Positions 14,803 to 23,471 of a stretch of DNA of 28,063 bases are shown piece by piece. Below the pieces are notes generated by a model that was given only the letters and a program-made list of their open reading frames with translations, was not told the origin of the DNA and did no database searches. Numbering within the stretch: position 1 is the stretch's first letter; each line of letters opens with the position of its first letter. A program made the position numbers and the translations under genes. The stretch covers positions 1-28,063 of the forward strand of contig CBDVDL010000001.1 of the NCBI GenBank assembly GCA_965372735.1, in the 5' to 3' direction. Source of the stretch: an uncultured Alphaproteobacteria bacterium. GTDB taxonomy: Bacteria; Electryoneota; RPQS01; DYHQ01.

Positions 14803-17172
14803 ATGCATACAATGAATAAGCTAATCTATTTCGCTAAAATTATCCTCGCCCTTGCGATTCCCATCGCGCTTTTCGGGCAAACGAAACCGTCCACTGTTCC
14901 TCGCAGTTACCTGATGCCGGGAGATTCCCTTTACTATGACCTGTCTTTGAAAAAAGGCGACGTGCTCGAATGGAATCTCTGGCTCGCTCCCACGCTCGAA
15001 GCATCCGAAAAAACCGTGCTCAGTTTTGTCTCGGATGTGGATGGGCAACTTTGGGAGCGGTCGTTTGGGAGCAAAGCTCTGGATTTGCGGGATAAAATCC
15101 GCATCAAAAGCTACGCGCGATACCGCATGACGCTCAAAACGACCGGTCAGCGGGGACGGATGGCAGAACTCAGTGTATGGACGAAGCTGAAAGCATCCCA
15201 TCAGGCTCCCTTTCCCTCGCCGGGCGTACAGCGTTTCGCCGAGATTTTTTCCTCCGGTGATCAGTTTTCCGTCGAATACGAATTTCTCCTGCCGAAGTCG
15301 ATTGGTTTTCAGGAACTCCTTGGATTAGAGCTGTCGCAAGATTTAGTTCATCTGTGGGCGATTACGCCTTTGGGCGATTCACTTCCGGCCACCGCATCTG
15401 TCAAACGCTGGTTCGGCGAAGCAGGCATTCTTTCACTGCGGGAACGAACTCCTTACGGAGGACGGATTACGCTGCGACTGGAGCTCGATGTGGCGGACAA
15501 CGGCGAGTCCATTCTTTTCCTTGCACCCGGTACGCCGCCTCCCGATTGGCTTCCTTCTAAAGCCCGCATGCTCATCACCCGCAAGCACGACCCTTGGAAA
15601 GGCATCATTGTTCCCCCGGTGACCGCTATGGCGGAAACATTGGCCGCGCATCCGGTCGAGTTGCCTCGCGCACCTTATGCCGAGCAAAGCCTTCGAGCGC
15701 GCGGTCTGGATTCTGTCATCGTCGCTGAACTGACAGAGGTTTACACCGAACGGGACAGTCTGTCCGCTGTTCGCCATGCGCGTCGCTCCATGAGTGAAGG
15801 CTACGACACGGAATTCCTTACCGGCAAAAAGGCATTTCTCCCGCCGGATTTGCACGTTGTTCTGACCATACCGCTCACAGGACACCACCCCGAAAAACGC
15901 ATCTCCGGCCGCACTCGTTTGGAATGGTTTGTCGAAGGCGATAAGGAACATACTCGCCATGCTAAACTCTACGAGTGGCGCTACGATGAAGCCCATATTG
16001 CTCGCGCGGACGTGCCGGATGAATTCTTTTGGGATAACCGAATTCTGCCGCTGTACGCGAATCTCAATAGACATTCTGCCGCGAGCCCCAAATCGCCTGC
16101 CACGATTACGTCGCAACCGCTTCCCGACCCTCGTCCATCGACATTTGAGCAATATGGAAAAGAATACATCGATGACAGCCGAAGCGTGCTTGCGCTTTAT
16201 CTGGAAAACAGTTCGAAGGACACGCTCTACCTTGTTTACCATCAGGCGCGCCTGCCGAAACGCACGGTCTTCTCGGCACTGTCACGCTGGCCGATAGGTG
16301 CGCGCTTGGCGGCGGTTATTTTGGGGATTTTCGGTCTTGCTGGTATCGCGGCGATTGTGGAATTGCGCCGCCGCGAACGAAAAAGAAGAAAGCGCTCGGA
16401 AGAATTCGAAGTGGAATTGGAAAAAGCGCGTCAGGTGCAGTTGAAACTGCTGCCGGATGGCCCGATGGAAGCGCAGGGCTTGCAAGTGTACGGCCTGCAC
16501 CAAAGCATGCAGTCGGTCGGCGGCGATTATTACGATTTCTTTGCTCTCGAAGATGGGCGCGTGCTGCTCTGTGTGGCGGATGTCGCGGGGCACGGTTTAG
16601 CAGCGGCGTTGCTGATGTCGAATGTGCAGGCGACGCTTCGCTTAATCGCTCAACCCGGACGGCAACTGACCGAGATTGTTTCTCTTCTGAATCACGAAAT
16701 ATGTCAGCGCACCTCGCCGGAGCGCTTTGTGACATTTCTTATTGCCGAAATATCCGCCGACCGTTCGCTCATTACCATCTGCAACGCCGGGCATAATCCG
16801 GGCTATATCGTCCGCAAATCAGGCAATATCGTGGAGCTGGACGCGGGAGGAGTGATGCTGGGATTCATGGATGTCTTCCCGTTCATTCAGATGGAACATG
16901 GTCTGGACTCCGGCGACCTGATTGTGCTCTACACCGATGGAATTCCCGAAGCCGAAGTCGGTCATGAGGATATGTTCGGCTATGAACGCTTGAAATACTA
17001 CCTGCAGAACCATCGCGCCGAAAACCTGATGAACATCGCACAGGGATTGCTGCGCCGCGTCACGTCTGAGGATGCTCATACGATTGAAGACGACATGGCG
17101 ATTGTCCTCGCGCGCATCGGAACCGCAACCCGACGCGAACCTACCTCGAAAAAGAAAATCAAAACAGCATGA
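14803..17172 (+). CDS. Membrane PP2C/SpoIIE-family phosphatase with large extracytoplasmic N-terminal region
   Basis: Signal-like N-terminus, one TM (IGARLAAVILGIFGLAGIAAIV), VGGDYYD, ADVAGHG, YTDG and DDMAIV motifs. Confidence 0.88.
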   Translation: MHTMNKLIYFAKIILALAIPIALFGQTKPSTVPRSYLMPGDSLYYDLSLKKGDVLEWNLWLAPTLEASEKTVLSFVSDVDGQLWERSFGSKALDLRDKIRIKSYARYRMTLKTTGQRGRMAELSVWTKLKASHQAPFPSPGVQRFAEIFSSGDQFSVEYEFLLPKSIGFQELLGLELSQDLVHLWAITPLGDSLPATASVKRWFGEAGILSLRERTPYGGRITLRLELDVADNGESILFLAPGTPPPDWLPSKARMLITRKHDPWKGIIVPPVTAMAETLAAHPVELPRAPYAEQSLRARGLDSVIVAELTEVYTERDSLSAVRHARRSMSEGYDTEFLTGKKAFLPPDLHVVLTIPLTGHHPEKRISGRTRLEWFVEGDKEHTRHAKLYEWRYDEAHIARADVPDEFFWDNRILPLYANLNRHSAASPKSPATITSQPLPDPRPSTFEQYGKEYIDDSRSVLALYLENSSKDTLYLVYHQARLPKRTVFSALSRWPIGARLAAVILGIFGLAGIAAIVELRRRERKRRKRSEEFEVELEKARQVQLKLLPDGPMEAQGLQVYGLHQSMQSVGGDYYDFFALEDGRVLLCVADVAGHGLAAALLMSNVQATLRLIAQPGRQLTEIVSLLNHEICQRTSPERFVTFLIAEISADRSLITICNAGHNPGYIVRKSGNIVELDAGGVMLGFMDVFPFIQMEHGLDSGDLIVLYTDGIPEAEVGHEDMFGYERLKYYLQNHRAENLMNIAQGLLRRVTSEDAHTIEDDMAIVLARIGTATRREPTSKKKIKTA

Positions 17173-20060
17173 CACCACCACCGAAAATAATGAGCCTAAT
17201 TGAACGCTTCGAAAACAATCGCGAAGCGTATCATTCATCCGGATATAATGAAACGCAACTGCGGCAGGAATTCCTCGATCCATTCTTCAAGGCGCTCGGC
17301 TGGGACGTGGACAATGAACAGGGTTACTCGGAAGCCTACAAAGACGTCATCCACGAGGATCAGATTAAAGTCGGCGGAGGAACGAAAGCTCCCGACTACT
17401 GTTTCCGCATCGGCGGCACGCGCAAATTTTTCGTGGAAGCGAAAAAACCCGCGGTGAATTTAAAAGAAGACGCCAGCCCGGCGTTTCAGTTGCGCCGCTA
17501 TGCGTGGTCGGCTAAATTGCCGCTGTCGATTCTCACCGATTTCGAGGAATTCGCCGTCTATGACTGCCGCGTCCGGCCCGATAAAACCGACAAAGCCTCC
17601 GCTCACCGCGTCATGTATTTCCGGTATGATGATTATCTTGAGAAATGGGATGACATCGTCGGTATTTTCTCCCGCGAGGAAGTGCTCAAAGGCTCCTTCG
17701 ACAAATACGCCGAATCCATGCGCCGCAAAAAAGGCACGGCGGAAGTGGATGCGGCGTTTCTCAGTGAAATCGAAACGTGGCGCAATGAACTCGCGCGCAA
17801 TTTGGCATTGCGCAATAAAGACCTTAGCCAGCGCGAACTTAACTTCGCCGTCTCGCGCACGATTGATAGAATCATTTTCCTGCGCGTGTGCGAAGACCGC
17901 GGCATTGAGCCATACGGTCAGCTTCAAGAGCTCTTAGATAAACAGAAAATATACAAGCAGCTCTTCCAAATTTTTCATCGTGCCGACGAACGTTACAACT
18001 CCGGCCTGTTTTATTTTAAGAAGGAAAAGGAGCGCCCGGGGCCGCCGGATGAACTGACGCCATCGCTCAAGCTCGACGACAAGAAGCTCAAAGACATCAT
18101 CAGGAGCCTCTATTATCCCGACAGCCCCTACGAGTTTTCAGTTCTGCCTGCGGACATTTTGGGACAGGTTTACGAGCAGTTCCTCGGCAAAGTCATTCGC
18201 CTGACAAAAGGCCATCAAGCCAAAGTCGAGGACAAGCCCGAAGTCAAGAAAGCGGGCGGGGTGTATTACACGCCGACCTATATCGTGGACTATATCGTCA
18301 AGCACACTGTCGGGAAGCTGCTCGAAGATAAAACACCCAAGCAAGCGGCGAAACTTCGGATACTCGACCCGGCGTGCGGTTCAGGTTCGTTCCTCATCGG
18401 CGCTTACCAATATCTGCTCGACTGGCACCGCGACTGGTATGTGTCCCATCTCAACAAGGGGCTTCAGCCCCTTGAAACATCAGCAACTGACAAGGGAGTA
18501 GGCAAGGGGCTGAAGCCCCTTGTTTATCAGGTTTCTGGCGGTGAGTGGCGGCTGACGACGGCGGAACGCAAGCGCATTTTGTTGAACAACATCTACGGCG
18601 TGGACATTGACCCGCAGGCCGTAGAAGTGACGAAGTTGTCGCTCCTGCTGAAAGTTCTCGAAGGCGAATCGCGCGACACAATTGAATCGCAGCTTCGCAT
18701 GTTCCGCGAGCGCGCGTTGCCCGATTTGAGTTCGAACATCAAATGCGGCAATACCCTCATCGGCCCGGATTTCTACGAGCACGAGCAGATGACGCTGTTG
18801 GACGACGAGGAACGCTACCGCATCAACGCCTTCGACTGGCAAACCGAGTTCGCCCCCATCATGAAAGCTGGCGGCTTTGATGCGGTGATAGGGAACCCGC
18901 CTTATTTGTATTCGGCTGGGCAGGACTACTTGGACTATTTCAATGAACACTATAGCTTACGACAATATCAAACGGACTACTATGTCTATTTCATTGAATG
19001 TGCGCTAAAGCTTTGTAGGAAAGAAGGCAAAGTTTCATTCATCGTGTCCGACTCATGGACAAATTCAGAGTACTTCTCTGTTATGAGAAATCATCTATTA
19101 ACAAGCCACAAAATAGATGTACTGGCAGTTTTCGGATATCCCGTATTTAAAGCAGCGGCACTTGAGAATAGTATTTTCGTAATCAGCAATCAAGCTTCAC
19201 CTACTCCGATCCCAGTCGAAAAATTTTCGAATCCAAACGAGTACAAAATAGTAAACAGAGTCAATCCGTCTGATGCCGTTGAGCGCGGCTTAATTGATTA
19301 TCGCACGTCATCAAGCATTAGGGCAGTTATTAGCAAGATTGAAAATGGTTCAATTCCGCTCGATCGTATTGTGAATTTGAATCGGGGGATTCATGCTTAT
19401 CGGACAGACGGATACGGCATATCAAAATTCGGCGGTGGGCCGCAGACGAAAAGAGACAAGGATGAAATGTCTTATCATGCGGATTCGCAATTAGATAAGA
19501 CATATTTGCCCGAACTTAAAGGCCGAGATATTCAGAGATACTCGCACAAGAAAAGCGTACGCTTTCTATCGTATGGTCCATGGTTGGCAGAGCCGCGCAA
19601 GCCGGATTTCTTTTTCCAGCCGAAAATCGTTCTTAGAAAGATTCTCGGCAGAAAGTTGCATGGAACATTCTTAGACAAACAGTATGCTTTAGATCAATCG
19701 CTTTACATAGCTATTTCACGCTTAGGTGATAATAGTCTGCTACTTCACATACTCGGAATTTTGCTCTCAACTCTCGGCGCTTGGTATTTGAGAAATAAGT
19801 TTGCAATCTATGACACCCTTTATCCGTGGTATACCAAAAAGCAATTAAGTGCATTCCCAATGAAGGAAAAAGATAATCGCTTGATTAGCATTGTAGAGCG
19901 GATGTTGGAATTGAATCGCGAGCTTCCGAAGGCTAAGACGCCGGATGAAAAGACGCGGCTCGAACGGCAAATCACCGCCACCGACCGGCAGATTGATAAG
20001 CTCGTGTATGAATTGTATGGTCTGACCGAGGATGAGATTAAGATTATGGAAGGAGTGTGA
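17169..20060 (+). CDS. Type IIG restriction-modification enzyme (nuclease, N6-adenine MTase, TRD)
   Basis: PDY...FFVEAKKP nuclease motif, GVYYTP, ILDPACGSGSFL (motif I), GNPPY (NPPY 18894-18905), C-terminal IDKLVYELYGLT helix; ATGA overlap with the phosphatase stop. Confidence 0.92.
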   Translation: MTPPPKIMSLIERFENNREAYHSSGYNETQLRQEFLDPFFKALGWDVDNEQGYSEAYKDVIHEDQIKVGGGTKAPDYCFRIGGTRKFFVEAKKPAVNLKEDASPAFQLRRYAWSAKLPLSILTDFEEFAVYDCRVRPDKTDKASAHRVMYFRYDDYLEKWDDIVGIFSREEVLKGSFDKYAESMRRKKGTAEVDAAFLSEIETWRNELARNLALRNKDLSQRELNFAVSRTIDRIIFLRVCEDRGIEPYGQLQELLDKQKIYKQLFQIFHRADERYNSGLFYFKKEKERPGPPDELTPSLKLDDKKLKDIIRSLYYPDSPYEFSVLPADILGQVYEQFLGKVIRLTKGHQAKVEDKPEVKKAGGVYYTPTYIVDYIVKHTVGKLLEDKTPKQAAKLRILDPACGSGSFLIGAYQYLLDWHRDWYVSHLNKGLQPLETSATDKGVGKGLKPLVYQVSGGEWRLTTAERKRILLNNIYGVDIDPQAVEVTKLSLLLKVLEGESRDTIESQLRMFRERALPDLSSNIKCGNTLIGPDFYEHEQMTLLDDEERYRINAFDWQTEFAPIMKAGGFDAVIGNPPYLYSAGQDYLDYFNEHYSLRQYQTDYYVYFIECALKLCRKEGKVSFIVSDSWTNSEYFSVMRNHLLTSHKIDVLAVFGYPVFKAAALENSIFVISNQASPTPIPVEKFSNPNEYKIVNRVNPSDAVERGLIDYRTSSSIRAVISKIENGSIPLDRIVNLNRGIHAYRTDGYGISKFGGGPQTKRDKDEMSYHADSQLDKTYLPELKGRDIQRYSHKKSVRFLSYGPWLAEPRKPDFFFQPKIVLRKILGRKLHGTFLDKQYALDQSLYIAISRLGDNSLLLHILGILLSTLGAWYLRNKFAIYDTLYPWYTKKQLSAFPMKEKDNRLISIVERMLELNRELPKAKTPDEKTRLERQITATDRQIDKLVYELYGLTEDEIKIMEGV
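18455..18522. repeat. Two in-frame palindromic repeats inside the RM gene
   Basis: CAAGGGGCT-TC-AGCCCCTTG (18455-18474) and AGGCAAGGGGCT-GA-AGCCCCTTG (18500-18522), read as KGLQPL and KGLKPL. Confidence 0.8.
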
Positions 20061-20091
20061 TTAGTATGCAGCAAAAAACATATCTGGGGAG

Positions 20092-21645
20092 ATGCTAATG
20101 ACTGAGCAACCAATGTCGTTTCAAGCGCTCGCAAAAAAAATCTCATCTTCTCTAAGCAAAGGGACCTACCAAGAAGCTCTCGTTGCACTGCGAAATTACG
20201 AGGCGACACACCCAAATGATCGGAACCTATGCTACAACAAACACGCCGTTCTCATTGATATTGGTTTCGGATTACGGGATTTCAGAGTCGTGCAAGAAGG
20301 AGTAGAATCTGGAGAGCAACTCTTGCAAGACCAATCTTATCAGAATCGCGCAGCGAATATCAAGTATAATTTGGCAAACGGATACTCCTGTCTTCACAAA
20401 TTAGCAAAACCGGACGAGTTGGCAGCGATTCCTCAGAGTGAGAATCTGCAGGTTGCAAAGTCCTACTATCGACATTCACTTGTCGTTGTTTCTGAAACAG
20501 CTCTCGAATTGAAGAAGCAAATCCTTGTGAATCTCGCGAACTGCTACAACATGTTGGGTCGCGGTGTTGAAGCAATTGATCTTTACGAAGAGGCATTGGA
20601 AATCGATCCAGCTTTTTCGATGGCCACTGCAAACAGAGCGGTGGCGCTTAAATACTTCGCAGATATCTCTGGCGAGTATAGGGCATCGATATACATTGAG
20701 GCGTATCAAGCTATTAAAGCAATCTTGGAAAATAGTGATTTATTAGAAATAGGGGGTTATGAGGCAAGAACAGCTTTACAGGCAGAATTGAAGAATATCG
20801 AATCCAAATTTGAAGATCCTGGAGTGTTAAGTCAGAATATCGCATATCCTAAGTACGGCGATAGCCGATTCTCGAAGTTTGAAAAATTCTATGTAGAATA
20901 CTGCATACAGGAAAGGCTCTTCCTCAATTTCCATATTCATCAACGGCATTCCAGAGCGGCAATAATAGATCCAATCTTCATAAGTATGATTACTCCGGTT
21001 GATGATAATGTCCGGTTCTATGACCTTGCGAAACGCATAAACCAAATCAAAGAGAACTTTGTCGTTGCACGGTTGATATTGGTTGAATCACAATACGGGA
21101 AGAAGGCGTACGACAACATAAGCAAGAGAACTACATATGTGGACAGCCTCGACTACTCAAGGTTTGACATTTATGGAGGCTTGCTTAAGTCAGCCTATGA
21201 GCTGAGCTATAATGTTCTGGACAAAATAGGCTGCTTTATCAATGACTATTGTGAATTAGGAGTCAAAGAGGAAAAGGTGCATTTCACTTCGATTTGGCAG
21301 GAAGGAAACCAAATGCGAAACAAGCTTCTCAATACCAAAAATGTCAGTCTTTATGCTCTATACGATATTTACAGAGATTTCAAGTCAGGGTATAACGAAC
21401 AGATACGCCAAATTAGACATGCCCTTACCCACCGAAGGCTTATTGTTTATGATCTCTTACGGCCTGGTCAACAGCTAGATCCCAGTTATGAGATTCTCTA
21501 CGACTCACTGGTGGAGCAAACGACGAAATTGATGAGATTAACCAGAGCGGCGATTATCTACCTTATTAACTTCGTGAATGAAAACGAAAAGAAGAAAGTC
21601 AAAGATAAGGAAGTGGTCGTTCCATTCCAAGTTTTCACAATGTAA
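20092..21645 (+). CDS. TPR plus LA2681-like HEPN domain protein (putative RNase effector)
   Basis: N-terminal TPRs (ILVNLANCYNMLGR); AYELSYNVLDKIGCFINDY; RHALTH = Rx4H HEPN motif (21415-21432). Start may be ATG 20098 (GGGGAG SD). Confidence 0.8.
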   Translation: MLMTEQPMSFQALAKKISSSLSKGTYQEALVALRNYEATHPNDRNLCYNKHAVLIDIGFGLRDFRVVQEGVESGEQLLQDQSYQNRAANIKYNLANGYSCLHKLAKPDELAAIPQSENLQVAKSYYRHSLVVVSETALELKKQILVNLANCYNMLGRGVEAIDLYEEALEIDPAFSMATANRAVALKYFADISGEYRASIYIEAYQAIKAILENSDLLEIGGYEARTALQAELKNIESKFEDPGVLSQNIAYPKYGDSRFSKFEKFYVEYCIQERLFLNFHIHQRHSRAAIIDPIFISMITPVDDNVRFYDLAKRINQIKENFVVARLILVESQYGKKAYDNISKRTTYVDSLDYSRFDIYGGLLKSAYELSYNVLDKIGCFINDYCELGVKEEKVHFTSIWQEGNQMRNKLLNTKNVSLYALYDIYRDFKSGYNEQIRQIRHALTHRRLIVYDLLRPGQQLDPSYEILYDSLVEQTTKLMRLTRAAIIYLINFVNENEKKKVKDKEVVVPFQVFTM

Positions 21646-21649
21646 TAAC

Positions 21650-21703
21650 GAATTGTACGGCTTGACCGAGGATGAGATCAAGATTGTGGAAGAGGGAGGA
21701 TAA
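21650..21703 (+). pseudogene. Remnant 3' end of a homologous type IIG RM gene
   Basis: Encodes ELYGLTEDEIKIVEEGG*; 37/42 nt identical to 20010-20051. Confidence 0.8.
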
Positions 21704-21725
21704 TTCTTGGAATCCCTTCTAACTT

Positions 21726-21975
21726 CCCCTACTTCAGTAGGGGGATAACAGGGGGTTTAACGGTCTCTTCACACGGCGAGAAATCATTCCGGGCACGCAT
21801 AGCGCTGCGGGCGATTCATCAGGGTCGGCTGTAAGCAGCCAACACCGCGGCTCCCTACCGGCGGGCTCCGTCCCGTCGGCGCGACACCATGAATTGCATT
21901 GTAGGGGCGGACCCACGTGTCCGCCCGCGACGGATATACAAAAATAAACGGGCGCACACGCGGGAGCGCCCCTAC
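21726..21975. repeat. Cluster of REP-like palindromes, including an inverted GTAG-type REP doublet
   Basis: CCCCTAC/GTAGGGG hairpin (about 21726-21743); GGTCGGCTG/CAGCCAAC unit ending CTCCCTAC (21823-21858); GTAGGGGCGGACCCACGTGTCCGCCC (21901-21926) with an inverted near-copy at 21950-21975. Confidence 0.75.
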
Positions 21976-22014
21976 GCGGATTTTTATCAACACAAATAAA
22001 ATAGTTTTCCTTCT

Positions 22015-23175
22015 ATGTCCCATCCATTAAAACCCCGCCATGCGCACCGGCTGAATGCGCTGCCGCCGTATCCGTTCGCGGAGCTTGAACGCAAGATATC
22101 CGAAAAGCAAGCGCGCGGAGACGATGTGATTAATCTCGGCATCGGCGACCCGGATTTGCCGCCGCCGGATTTTTTCACCGAATCACTCCAGCGACACGCC
22201 GCCGATTCTGATGCGCATCTCTATTCGACATCGCAAGGAAATCCTGACGTGCGAAAGGAAATCGCACGTTTTTTTCAAGGCCGCTTCGGTGTCGAATTGA
22301 ATCCGGACACTCAAATCTGCGTTGTCATCGGCGCAAAAGAAGGCTTGGCGAATATAGGCCGCGCGTATGTGAATCCTGTAGAAGAAGTCGCCGTGCCGTC
22401 GCCGTCGTATCCGGTTTACGGCGCGGGCGTGGCGACACTTTGCGATGCGCATGTGCGGACGCTTCCGCTGCGCGAAGAAGACGGTTTCTTGCCGAATCTC
22501 AAGGAAGCCGAAGGCGTGCGGATGGCGTTTTTCAATTATCCCAATAATCCGACCGGAGCGATTGCGCCGGAATCTTTTTGGAAACAGCTCGGCGATTTCT
22601 GCGACACGCACCCGGAAACGATTGTCGTGCACGATAACGCCTACAGCGAGATGACGTTCGACGGTTATGTCGCGCCGTCACTTTTGCAATTCACTCCGAA
22701 CGCGCTAGAGATGCATTCGATATCGAAAGTCTTCAACGCGACGGGCTTCCGCATCGGTTTTGCTGTGGGGCGCGAAGATTACATCGCCGCGTTGGTCAAA
22801 GCGAAATCGCAGGTAGATTCCGGAGCGCCGCTGATGATTCAACGAGCGATGGCGGATGGACTCGCGCGCTACCGGGGAGCAACGGCGCCGCCTGAAGTGG
22901 ACGCCATGCGCAAAACGTACGGCGAACGGCGCGCTTTAGCCGAAGAAGCTCTCGAAAAAATGGGTTTGAAAGTCACGCGTTCACCCGCGACGTTTTATGT
23001 GTGGGTGCATATCGGAGCAGACGAGATGCCTTTCGCCAACGCCGCTCTAAATAAAAATGTTATCGTCACGCCCGGTCGCGCTTTTGGTTTGTTAGGCACG
23101 GGCTTCATCCGCCTCGCGCTCACACAACCTCTAAGGCGCATTCAAGAAGCGATGGAGCGATTGGCGACGATATAA
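22015..23175 (+). CDS. dapL: PLP-dependent class I/II aminotransferase, LL-diaminopimelate aminotransferase-like
   Basis: LPPYPFAEL, INLGIGDPDLPPP, NYPNNPTG, HDNAYSE and SISKVFNATGFRIG (PLP lysine). Substrate inferred from the N-terminal signature and nearby dapF. Confidence 0.75.
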   Translation: MSHPLKPRHAHRLNALPPYPFAELERKISEKQARGDDVINLGIGDPDLPPPDFFTESLQRHAADSDAHLYSTSQGNPDVRKEIARFFQGRFGVELNPDTQICVVIGAKEGLANIGRAYVNPVEEVAVPSPSYPVYGAGVATLCDAHVRTLPLREEDGFLPNLKEAEGVRMAFFNYPNNPTGAIAPESFWKQLGDFCDTHPETIVVHDNAYSEMTFDGYVAPSLLQFTPNALEMHSISKVFNATGFRIGFAVGREDYIAALVKAKSQVDSGAPLMIQRAMADGLARYRGATAPPEVDAMRKTYGERRALAEEALEKMGLKVTRSPATFYVWVHIGADEMPFANAALNKNVIVTPGRAFGLLGTGFIRLALTQPLRRIQEAMERLATI

Positions 23176-23178
23176 AAA

Positions 23179-23204
23179 GGTCGGCTGCAAACAGCCGACA
23201 CCGC
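23179..23204. repeat. Second copy of the GTCGGCTG palindrome
   Basis: GGTCGGCTG-CAAA-CAGCCGACACCGC, closely matching 21823-21847. Confidence 0.7.
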
Positions 23205-23224
23205 AAAAAATGGAGGTGTTCATT

Positions 23225-23407
23225 ATGATAATCGTAGAAAAAAAAGAAGACGTTTCGCCAATTTGCCCGCACTGCAAGAAAGAACTCAGAATCGTTTGGT
23301 TTCAGGAACTCAAACGAGATATCGGGAAACGCTGTCTTTACTTCTGCCCTGAATGCAAAGCTTGCTTGGGAGTCTTCCACAGAAAAGGTTTCATGATGGG
23401 TTTGTGA
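23225..23407 (+). CDS. Small zinc-ribbon-like protein
   Basis: GGAGGT SD before ATG 23225; CPHC and CPEC pairs in 60 aa. Confidence 0.7.
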   Translation: MIIVEKKEDVSPICPHCKKELRIVWFQELKRDIGKRCLYFCPECKACLGVFHRKGFMMGL

Positions 23408-23471
23408 GCTATATAACAAGAAATAGCTTGTTAACAATTAGTTTTTGAGAAATTTAAACGATGGGGAGATT

